A stretch of DNA of 64,000 nucleotides, from assembly GCA_035285865.1 (NCBI GenBank), contig JAYKHS010000024.1:1-64000 (forward strand), read 5' to 3'. The notes beneath the pieces are model-generated. The model saw nothing but the letters and a program-made list of their open reading frames with translations. It was not told the DNA's origin and ran no database searches. Positions 9,083 to 18,471 of this stretch are shown here, in pieces. The stretch comes from Candidatus Sericytochromatia bacterium (GTDB taxonomy: Bacteria > Cyanobacteriota > Sericytochromatia > S15B-MN24 > VGJW01). The first letter of the stretch is position 1. The number at the start of each line of letters is the position of its first letter. A program made the position numbers and the translations under genes.

Positions 9083-9762
9083 GAGCGAATGAGATCCTCC
9101 AACTGCTTCAAAGCCGTTCGTCGACTGGCCTGTACGGGGTTTAGCACCGCACAATGATTGGCGGGAAATCGATCCAGCAAAGGCTGGAAGACCCGATCGC
9201 TGCCTGGCTCAAGGAAAACGAATCCCAGCCGATGACGGTTGGCACGCCCCCCGGGCCATTGACGCGCAGATGAGCTGCGCCAGTTTCCACCCCCCCCAGG
9301 AACCGGTTCGTTCTTCCCATCACCAAAGACCAGGCCCGTCGTGTCGAAACCCTTGCGTTGTAGCTCGATGCACCTCTCAAGCAGATATTTCAAGCCAAGG
9401 CCATAGGCCGTGCCCCTGGCATCCGTCACCACCCAACCGGAATACGCATCCATCACCGACCTTAGATCGGGCCGGGAAGGCGAATTCAGACGGTAGATAG
9501 GATAGACCTCATGCGTCAGCCGCAAGAGTTCAATACGGTCCGCGTTTTCATCAAGACCCTCCGCAATCCCCAGAATCAACTCTCGACTCCGAGGCAGGTA
9601 CCTCGCCGACGACAGCGAGCAGTCGACGAGGCACACCACAGCCTGCTTGCGAGGCACATTTCCGTAATCACCACATCCGGCTGCGAACAACGCTGCGAGG
9701 GCTAACGATACTCCTACTGGCTTTCGCAATAGTGCAGCCAAGACGATCAAGTGCCCCCTCAT
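9079..9762 (-). CDS. vWA (MIDAS) domain lipoprotein
   Basis: Lipobox LFAAG-C; VVCLVDCSLS (DxSxS), GTAYGLGL (Thr) and LVFGDG (Asp) form a complete MIDAS motif. Confidence 0.75.
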   Translation of the reverse strand: MRGHLIVLAALLRKPVGVSLALAALFAAGCGDYGNVPRKQAVVCLVDCSLSSARYLPRSRELILGIAEGLDENADRIELLRLTHEVYPIYRLNSPSRPDLRSVMDAYSGWVVTDARGTAYGLGLKYLLERCIELQRKGFDTTGLVFGDGKNEPVPGGGGNWRSSSARQWPGGRANRHRLGFVFLEPGSDRVFQPLLDRFPANHCAVLNPVQASRRTALKQLEDLIRS

Positions 9763-9921
9763 GCATCACGAACACAATCACAATACGCCATTTTATTGCC
9801 AATGACTCATGTAGATCATGAAATATGCAGTCGCAACCACACCCCGACGTACCACTAACAACGGTTTGACCTGCCCCCGTTTATCGTCTAACTCGCAACC
9901 GGCCACCCACACCACCCCCCC

Positions 9922-11445
9922 TCACCCCAAAATCAAACTCCTCGCCGTCATCTCCCTCGGCTTCTCGACCCCTAACAGGTCCAGCAACGTCGGCGCGATG
10001 TCGCACAGTTGCCCGTCCGGCCGCAGCTTCACGTCGCGCCCGACCAGGATGGCCGGCACGGGGAACAGCGTGTGGGCCGTATGAATGCCCCCTGTGGTGG
10101 AGTCGATCATCATCTCGGCGTTGCCGTGGTCGGCCGTCACCAGCATGACGCCCCCGCGGGCAGCCACGGCATCGGCGACTTCGCCCACCGCGGCATCCAC
10201 CGCCTCGATGGCCTTCACCGTCGCGCCATAGTCGCCCGTGTGGCCCACCATGTCGGCGTTGGCAAAGTTCAGGATGAACAGGTCGCTGCTGCCATCCCGA
10301 ATGCGACGGGCGGCCTCATGTGCCACCTGCGGCGCGCTCATCTCGGGCTGCATGTCATAGGTCGCGACCTTGGGCGAAGGCACAAGGATCCGCTCCTCAC
10401 CCGGAAAGGGCGTCTCCACCCCTCCGTTGAAGAAAAACGTCACATGAGCGTACTTCTCGGTCTCGGCGCAGCGTAGCTGCCGCAGGCCCGCATCAGCCAC
10501 CACCGGCGCCAGAATGCGGTCCAAGGACTGCTTGGCATAGGCGACGGGCAGGCCGTAGTCGGCCTTGTACTCTGTAAGGCACGCATAGCGGACGCGGGGG
10601 AACGGCTCCCGCTCGAAGCCTGAGAAGCCCTCCAGCGCAAGGGCCGCCGTGATCTGCCGCGCCCGGTCCGGCCGGAAGTTGAAGCACAAGACGGCATCCT
10701 CGTCGCGGATGCGGCCCTCGTCCGACACCAGCGTCGGCAGGATGAACTCATCCGTCTCGCCGCGGGCATAGGCCTGCTTCACGGCCTCGCTGCCCGTCGC
10801 CGCACGGTGATCGGCTTCGGCCCTGACCATGGCGGCCCACGCCTTGCGGGTGCGTTCCCAGCGCTGGTCCCGGTCCATCGCGTAGTAGCGGCCCGACACC
10901 GTGGCGATGCGGCCCGTGCCGAGGCGCACCATCGCCTCTTCCAGCTTGCGCAGCGACCCCGCGCCGGATGTCGGCGACACGTCGCGGCCATCCGTGAACG
11001 CATGCACCCAGACCCGGTCCAGGCCCTCGCGCCGGCACAGGTCCAACAGCGCCACCAGATGATCCTCGTGGCTATGGACGCCGCCATCCGACACGAGGCC
11101 GATCAGGTGCAGCGCGGTGCCGCGGGCCTTGGCATGCCGGATCTGGTCCAGCAGCACCGCGTTGGTGAAGAAGTCCCCATCGTGGATGCTCTTGGAGATC
11201 CGTGTGAAGTCCTGATAGACGACGCGGCCCGCGCCCATGTTCAGGTGGCCGACCTCGCTGTTGCCCATCTGGCCATCCGGCAAACCCACGGCCTGACCCG
11301 ACGTCGGGATGCTGGTCACGGACCCGATGTCGATGAGGCGATCGAGCCGCGGCGTGTGCGCATCGCGGATCGCATTGCCTCGGGCATGGGGGTCCGGGTT
11401 GATGCCGTAGCCATCGAGAATCACGAGGACGACAGGGGGTCGCAT
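9922..11445 (-). CDS. gpmI: 2,3-bisphosphoglycerate-independent phosphoglycerate mutase
   Basis: [66 protein letters not shown] before ATG 11445. Confidence 0.97.
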   Translation of the reverse strand: MRPPVVLVILDGYGINPDPHARGNAIRDAHTPRLDRLIDIGSVTSIPTSGQAVGLPDGQMGNSEVGHLNMGAGRVVYQDFTRISKSIHDGDFFTNAVLLDQIRHAKARGTALHLIGLVSDGGVHSHEDHLVALLDLCRREGLDRVWVHAFTDGRDVSPTSGAGSLRKLEEAMVRLGTGRIATVSGRYYAMDRDQRWERTRKAWAAMVRAEADHRAATGSEAVKQAYARGETDEFILPTLVSDEGRIRDEDAVLCFNFRPDRARQITAALALEGFSGFEREPFPRVRYACLTEYKADYGLPVAYAKQSLDRILAPVVADAGLRQLRCAETEKYAHVTFFFNGGVETPFPGEERILVPSPKVATYDMQPEMSAPQVAHEAARRIRDGSSDLFILNFANADMVGHTGDYGATVKAIEAVDAAVGEVADAVAARGGVMLVTADHGNAEMMIDSTTGGIHTAHTLFPVPAILVGRDVKLRPDGQLCDIAPTLLDLLGVEKPREMTARSLILG

Positions 11446-11487
11446 GAAATTCCCTCCCAGATGATGCCGCACCAACCGCGCCACGCA

Positions 11488-11505
11488 CCCTGAGCCGGCT
11501 CAGGG
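11488..11505. promoter_or_regulatory. perfect 18-bp palindrome between tpiA and gpmI (hairpin)
   Basis: CCCTGAGCCGGCTCAGGG is self-complementary and has no U tract. Possibly an mRNA stability or attenuation hairpin. Confidence 0.4.
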
Positions 11506-11537
11506 CGTGCAACCCGCCGCCAGATTCGCCGCCGGCC

Positions 11538-12305
11538 CTAGGCCGTCACGCGGTCGAAGGCGACCAGCTTCGCGAAGGAGCCTGCCTCCAGCGACGCGCC
11601 GCCCACGAGGGCGCCATCGATCTGGGGCTGGGCCATCTGCTCGGCGATGGTCTCGGGCTTGACCGAGCCGCCGTAAAGAATGCGCACGTCATCCGCAGGT
11701 CCGGGCCCGACATGACGGGCAATCGTCTCGCGGATGAGTCCGCACACGCGGTTGGCTTCGTCCGAGGCGCAGGTCTTGCCCGTGCCGATGGCCCACACGG
11801 GCTCGTAGGCGAAGACCAGCCCGCCCACCTGCTCGGCCGGGATACCCGACAGCGCACGCTGGACCTGCAGGATGATGACGTTGTCCGTCAGTTGGAGCTC
11901 GCGCTCTTCCAGCTTCTCGCCCACGCAGACGATGGGCACCAGGCCATGCTTGAGCGCGGCCTTGAGCTTCTCGTTGACGCTGGTGTCCGTCTCGCCGTAG
12001 TACTGCCGACGCTCGGAATGGCCGAGGATGACGTGGGTCGCACCGACCTCGCGGAGCATCCCGGGTGAGGTCTGGCCGGTGTAAGCCCCTTGGTCATGGC
12101 TGTCGCAGTCCTGCCCGCCGACCTTCACGACGGTGCCCTCGAAGGCCTCGGCGAGCGTCGCCAGCGCCGTGAAAGGCGGGCAGACCACCACCTCGATGCC
12201 CCGTGCCGACTTGGCTTCGGCAGGCAGCGCCTCGGCAAAGGCCCGGGCCTCGGCACGGGTCTTGTGCATTTTCCAGTTGCCGGCCATCAGGGGCACGCGG
12301 GCCAT
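11538..12305 (-). CDS. tpiA: triosephosphate isomerase
   Basis: AGNWKM, ILGHSERR, AYEPVWAIGTG, LYGGSV, LVGGASL. Confidence 0.98.
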   Translation of the reverse strand: MARVPLMAGNWKMHKTRAEARAFAEALPAEAKSARGIEVVVCPPFTALATLAEAFEGTVVKVGGQDCDSHDQGAYTGQTSPGMLREVGATHVILGHSERRQYYGETDTSVNEKLKAALKHGLVPIVCVGEKLEERELQLTDNVIILQVQRALSGIPAEQVGGLVFAYEPVWAIGTGKTCASDEANRVCGLIRETIARHVGPGPADDVRILYGGSVKPETIAEQMAQPQIDGALVGGASLEAGSFAKLVAFDRVTA

Positions 12306-12317
12306 GGACGAATCCTC

Positions 12318-13534
12318 CTATGCGCGAGACGAGGAGAGGGCGGCCTTCTCGAGCGCCGCCACACCGGGCAGCACCTGGCCCTCGAGGAACTCGAGCGACG
12401 CTCCGCCACCGGTCGAAACGTGCGTGACCTTGTCGGCCAGACCCGACTGTTCGAGCGCCGCCACCGAGTCGCCGCCACCCACCACGGTGCGGGCACCGGC
12501 GGCCGTCCGTTCGGCCAGCATCGCGGCAACGGCAAGCGTGCCAGCGGCAAATGCCGGGTTCTCGAAGACTCCTAGAGGACCGTTCCAGAGGATGGTCTCT
12601 GCACCCGACAACGCCGCACGGATGGCGTCGACACTGGCAGGGCCGACGTCGAGGCCGATGGCGTCGGCAGGCATGTCGGCATCGGTGAACGTGCCCGTGA
12701 CCTCGCCCTTGGGGTCGGTGCCGACCAAGGTGTCCGTCGGCAGCAACAATGTCGTCCCCGAGGCCTTGGCCGCCTCGAGCACACGCAGCGCGACCGGAAT
12801 CTGGTCGTCCTCGACCAGAGACTTGCCCACAGGCTTGCCCATCGCCTTCCAGAACGTGAAGGCCATCGCGCCACCGATCACCATGCCGTCGACCTTGCCC
12901 AGCAAGTGCTCGAGCACGCCGATCTTGCTGCTGACCTTGGAACCGCCGATGATCGCCCAGAACGGCCGACCGGGCTGCTCGAGCAGACCGCCCAGCACCT
13001 CGAGCTCGCGGGCCATCAGGAAGCCGGCATAGGCCGGCAGGTGGTCCGCCACCCCCGCAGTCGAGCCGTGCGCCCGATGCGCGGTGCCAAAGGCATCGTT
13101 GACATACAGGTCGCCCAGCCGCGCGAGCGCTGCCACGAAACCGGGCTCGTTGGCCTCTTCCTCGGGGTGGAAGCGCACGTTCTCCAGCAGCAGCACCTCG
13201 CCGTCCGCCAGCGCGGCCACGGCCGCCTCGACCTCGGGCCCCACCACGCCGGGGGCCAGCTTGACGGACTGTCCCAGCAGGCCGGCCAGATGCGTGGCCA
13301 CGGGCGCCAGCGTCAGCTTGGCGTCATGCCCCTTCGGGCGACCCAGGTGCGCCGCCACCACGACGCGCGCCCCGCCCGCCACCAGGTGACGGATCGTGGG
13401 CAACGCGGCGCGGATGCGGGTGTCATCGGTGGGCTTGCCGTCCGCGAGCGGAACGTTCAGATCCTCGCGGACCAGGACGCGCTTGCCCTTGAGGTCGGCG
13501 GGGCCGAGATCGGCCAGCGAACGGAAGCCCGGCA

Positions 13535-13535
<1 letters not shown>
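12318..13535 (-). CDS. pgk: phosphoglycerate kinase
   Basis: VREDLNVP, HLGRPKG, LLENVRF, NDAFGTAHR, WNGPLGVFE, GGGDS, STGGGASLE. ATG overlaps the gap stop (TGATG). Confidence 0.97.
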
Positions 13536-14728
<1,193 letters not shown>

Positions 14729-14762
14729 TCACGCGCCGTCGCATCCATGGGAGTTCTCGCAC

Positions 14763-15182
14763 ATGCCCCCGCTCGTCGACCTGCCCCTCGCCGCCATCAG
14801 CGCGGCCAGCCTGGTGTGTTTCGTGGCAGGCTTTCTCTGGTTCAGTCCTTTTGCGTTCTTTCCGGTGTGGTGGCGGGCCATGGGGAAAGGCGACCAGAAA
14901 CCGGGCGAAGGTGGCCCCCCGATGGGGGTGGTCTTCGGGTCGACGCTCGCAGGCATCCTCATGCAGGCCGTCGTCCTCGAGCGGACGCTCGCCGCCATCG
15001 GCGCCCGGGGCGTGCTGCCATGCCTGACCTGGGGTCTCGTCCTCGGGATCGGCGTGGCTGCGGCCACCTCGCTCAGCCACCGGCTGTTCGCCGGTCAGGG
15101 TTTCCGCGTATGGCTGATCGAGGTCGGCAGCGACGTCCTGAACTTTGCCCTGATGGGGGCCGTGCTGGGCTGGCTATCCTGA
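14763..15182 (+). CDS. DUF1761-like small membrane protein
   Basis: Four hydrophobic segments; GFLWFSPFAFFPVWWRAMG and WLIEVG motifs. Confidence 0.7.
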   Translation: MPPLVDLPLAAISAASLVCFVAGFLWFSPFAFFPVWWRAMGKGDQKPGEGGPPMGVVFGSTLAGILMQAVVLERTLAAIGARGVLPCLTWGLVLGIGVAAATSLSHRLFAGQGFRVWLIEVGSDVLNFALMGAVLGWLS

Positions 15183-15276
15183 GCCCCGGGTGCGCGCGAT
15201 CAAGCGGCGGATGTGGCCGATCGCACAGGCCATCGGTAGCTTCGACCGTCCTTCTGGGTAGGCTGGGAACAGGACC

Positions 15277-16575
15277 ATGTCTGCCAACCGCCGCCCCCAC
15301 CCCGCCCTGATGCGGCCGGGACTGTCCGTGCTGCTGGCGGGCGTGCTGGCGGCCTGCGGGGACGCCAACCCGATGGCGGGCGCCGGCGCCGGTCTTCGCA
15401 AGACCCTCTCGACCAGCGTGCCTGCCGATCAGGTCACGCTCACCGGCTCGGTGGTGCTGCCCGGGGGCGTCACGTTGCTGCCCACCTTGTCGAACGTCAC
15501 GCCCCTCAACAACACCAGTGCACTCAACAACACCAGCGCCCTGAACAACACGAGCGCGCTCAACAACACCAGCGCCCTGAACAACACGAGTGCGCTCAAC
15601 AACACCAGTGCCCTCAACAACACGAGCGCGCGGCGGACGATGGCTTTCGACGGGGTGCTGTCCGCCTTCCGGATCCTGACGGTCGACGGCCCGTCCCTGC
15701 TGCGCAGCGGAGGGGTTCGCACCCTGGCCAACGCCCGCATCCACCTCATCGATCCGGCCACCGGCCGCATCGTCATGCGCACCACCACGGATGCCGCGGG
15801 CAACTACCGCCTGGACTACCTGTCCGGATCGAGTTCGGTCGGGCTCATCGTCGAGACCGTCATTCCCGGATCGAGGGGGGCCGCAGGCTACCTCGCCAGT
15901 GCCTTCAGGGCACCCGACGAGGCCGGCACGGAGCCCACCGAAGCCGAATCGAACCTCTCGCTGGGCACGACGACCTTCCTCTACTCGGCCTTCCAGTTGG
16001 CCGGTGCCGGTCGCCAGTTGAACCTCGACAAGCTCGAAACCCGCAAATCCCAGGCCCTCCAGCGCCTGCTGGCGCGCACGGCCCCCGAAGCCGCCCAAGG
16101 TGCCTCGGAAGGCCTTGGCCGCGCCGCCCGACTCGACCAGGCCAATGACCTCGGCAGCGCCACCACCACCTCGGTCCGCTTGTCCGAACGCCTTGCGGTG
16201 CGTGCCTATCAGGGCCTGCTGCGCGTGGACCTGCCGGCCAGCGAAGCTCCTTCGAACGAAGCCATTCTCGGCACGTTCCTGGGCGAGATCACCTCCCGCA
16301 TCGCCGAGGCTGCACCGCCTGCCGGGACCACCCCTTCCGCCACGGCCAGCGCCGCGCCCGTTGTGGAGGACATCACGGCCACCCTCGACCGCATGGCCGA
16401 AAAGGTCGTTCGCGAAGCCGGCCTCGAGATCCTGAACGCCGCCCGCACCGTCGACGCCAAGGTCAAGGTCCGCGACCCCCTGCCGCCCACGGCAGGGGAC
16501 GGGTCGGCCACGGCGCGGCCGGCTGCGACGCCGGCCCCCAATCGCAACAACCTGCCGACCGTCACCGACGGCTGA
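15277..16575 (+). CDS. lipoprotein with 7x LNNTSA repeat and carboxypeptidase-regulatory-like beta-sandwich segment
   Basis: Lipobox VLAA-C, tandem hexapeptides, TTTDAAGNYRL motif, Pro/Thr-rich C-terminus. Confidence 0.75.
   Translation: MSANRRPHPALMRPGLSVLLAGVLAACGDANPMAGAGAGLRKTLSTSVPADQVTLTGSVVLPGGVTLLPTLSNVTPLNNTSALNNTSALNNTSALNNTSALNNTSALNNTSALNNTSARRTMAFDGVLSAFRILTVDGPSLLRSGGVRTLANARIHLIDPATGRIVMRTTTDAAGNYRLDYLSGSSSVGLIVETVIPGSRGAAGYLASAFRAPDEAGTEPTEAESNLSLGTTTFLYSAFQLAGAGRQLNLDKLETRKSQALQRLLARTAPEAAQGASEGLGRAARLDQANDLGSATTTSVRLSERLAVRAYQGLLRVDLPASEAPSNEAILGTFLGEITSRIAEAAPPAGTTPSATASAAPVVEDITATLDRMAEKVVREAGLEILNAARTVDAKVKVRDPLPPTAGDGSATARPAATPAPNRNNLPTVTDG
15505..15630 (+). repeat. 7 x 18-bp coding tandem repeat (LNNTSA)
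   Basis: CT[C/G] AAC AAC AC[C/G] AG[T/C] GCN repeated seven times, with only synonymous differences. Confidence 0.95.
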
Positions 16576-16699
16576 TTGCCCCGGCCTTCAAGGCTGGCAT
16601 CTGTAAGGGTCAGGAACGGCGCGGTTCAAGGACGCCGGGCCGCTGTCCTGCGCAGGCGCGAACCGCCACGCCCTGAAGCGCCGAGAAACGTCGAACGCT

Positions 16700-17875
16700 T
16701 CAGATGCCGATGGTCACGCCCGGCAGGCCGATCGGCCCGGAAACTATCGATGCAGGCGTCGGGGAGACGGCGATGGGCTTCGTGCTCGGCAAGGGCGAGC
16801 CGACCGGTGCCGGCATCACCGTGCCAATCGGTGCCGGCGTGGCCGTGAAGGTCGGCCTCGGCGTGGTCGAACCGGAGGCCGGCACGGGCGTCGCAAGCTC
16901 AGGACCGTCTTCCAGCGTCGGAGGCCGCTGCACCACCGTCACGCCGACCTTGACGGCGGACTTGAGCAGGTCGTTGTCGAGGACCAGCGTCATCGGATCG
17001 AGGACCACGTCCTGACCCAGTTTCTCGGGGCCAAGCAGCTTGGGGTCGATGGGCAGTTCGCTGTAGCCGAGGATGCGGGCATCCTCGACCTTGGGGGCCT
17101 TGTCGTAGGCAATCGCGAACAACAGATAACGGTGACCGCTCTGCCCCGTGGTCAGCGGCAGGTTGCGGAACGACACGGAGGGCGCCTTGCCGCCTGTGGT
17201 GGCGGTGCTCGTCGTCAGGGTGGCACCGTCGATGAAGTCCCGCACCAGGTAACGCCTGCTCTCGCGGCGGATATCCTTGGCGGTGCCGAGGCCCATGTAA
17301 CCGAAAGCCGTATCCGCCGGTTTGAAGAAAGCCGCGGCCGACGACGCCCCCGAGATCGAGACGGTGGGCGCCATGCCCAATACCGACGGCACCGACAGCT
17401 TGCCCGGATTCAGGAAGGCGAAGTAGGGGGCGCCCCCCCCCTGCTCGATGGCCTTCGAAGCCAGCGACGAGGCCTTGTAGCCACCTTCGATGGCGAAGCC
17501 GAACGGAGCCACGCTGCCGGCGATGTTGCCGTAATCGAACAGGCCCACCATCAGGCGGCCGACCTCCTGCATGGCCGTGTCGAGCGAGGTCGTCTCGCGT
17601 CCGCCGGACGACACGACGGCCGCCGCAAGCGGCACCGTCAGCGTCAGCGAATCGGCATCGACGTAGATGACGTTGCCTTCCTCATCCTGCTTGGCCACCA
17701 CGTTGCCGGCGACGCCCGAGGGCACCGGGGCCGGCGTCTGCACGGCTGCCTGCGGGGCTGCCGGCAAGCCGAGCCCACCCAGCAGGCCCTGGGTGCCGCC
17801 CGCAGCGCAACCGGCCAGCCAAGCGGCGGCGAGGGGCCACATCAACCGCGACCCGATCCCGTGGGGGTGCCTCAC
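16700..17875 (-). CDS. hypothetical lipoprotein with Pro/Thr-rich C-terminal tail
   Basis: Lipobox WLAG-C. GTG 17875 overlaps the rsmD stop (GTGA); a later ATG is also possible. Confidence 0.7.
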   Translation of the reverse strand: MRHPHGIGSRLMWPLAAAWLAGCAAGGTQGLLGGLGLPAAPQAAVQTPAPVPSGVAGNVVAKQDEEGNVIYVDADSLTLTVPLAAAVVSSGGRETTSLDTAMQEVGRLMVGLFDYGNIAGSVAPFGFAIEGGYKASSLASKAIEQGGGAPYFAFLNPGKLSVPSVLGMAPTVSISGASSAAAFFKPADTAFGYMGLGTAKDIRRESRRYLVRDFIDGATLTTSTATTGGKAPSVSFRNLPLTTGQSGHRYLLFAIAYDKAPKVEDARILGYSELPIDPKLLGPEKLGQDVVLDPMTLVLDNDLLKSAVKVGVTVVQRPPTLEDGPELATPVPASGSTTPRPTFTATPAPIGTVMPAPVGSPLPSTKPIAVSPTPASIVSGPIGLPGVTIGI

Positions 17876-18471
17876 GTGTCCCTTGTACCCTCCGGAGAGG
17901 GTTCCGCCTCGTCCGCCTCCGGCAACCAGCGTTCCAGTTGCGTGCCGCCGTGGCGATGCACCCGAACCCGGCGACGCCCCGGCCACGCCAATTCAGGGGC
18001 ACCGAACGGCCGCTCGAGCAGCACCGTCGCACCCGGGGCCAGCAGTGGTTCCAGCACGGCAAGCAGCCGTTCCCAGCCGGCGAAAGCATAGGGTGGATCG
18101 GCAACGACGACGTCCCAAGTACCCGAAACCCGCTCCAGCCAGGCCTGCACGTCACCGGTCACGACCTCGGTCTGGGCCGTGGCCCCCAGCGCCGCGACAT
18201 TGCGCCTGATCAGGGCAGCCGTCGGCGGGTGACGCTCGACGGCCGTCAGATGCGCCGCGCCCCGCGAAAGGCACTCGAGGCCCAGCGCGCCCGATCCCGC
18301 GAAAAGATCCAGCACCCGGGCCTCGGCGAGCACGGGCGCAAGGATCGACCCGACGGCCTCGCGGACCCGCGCCCCGGTCGGTCGAGTCGCCTCCCCGACC
18401 GGCACCTCGAGCGGACGGCCGCGCCAGCGACCACCCGCGATGCGAACCAAACCGCCTACCCGGCCAGCCAT
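17872..18471 (-). CDS. rsmD: 16S rRNA m2G966 methyltransferase
   Basis: RIAGGRWRGRPL, TRPT, LDLFAGSGALGLECLSRGA, DPPY. Start uncertain. Confidence 0.9.
   Translation of the reverse strand: MAGRVGGLVRIAGGRWRGRPLEVPVGEATRPTGARVREAVGSILAPVLAEARVLDLFAGSGALGLECLSRGAAHLTAVERHPPTAALIRRNVAALGATAQTEVVTGDVQAWLERVSGTWDVVVADPPYAFAGWERLLAVLEPLLAPGATVLLERPFGAPELAWPGRRRVRVHRHGGTQLERWLPEADEAEPSPEGTRDT

Larger units (their letters stand above)
955..9921 (-). other. lower-GC accessory island/operon downstream of gpmI
   Basis: Hand count gives 32/60 GC at 7801-7860 versus 44/60 at 13741-13800 (gap). AT-rich leader at 9763-9830, consistent strand and coupled genes. No integrase seen; the left boundary is uncertain. 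Confidence 0.6.

Noticed and set aside
15200..15225. Sigma-28-like TCAAG...GCCGATCG promoter
   Set aside because: Spacing is about 3 nt too short for the consensus.
15505..15630. Possible CRISPR array
   Set aside because: No spacers; it is an in-frame coding repeat.
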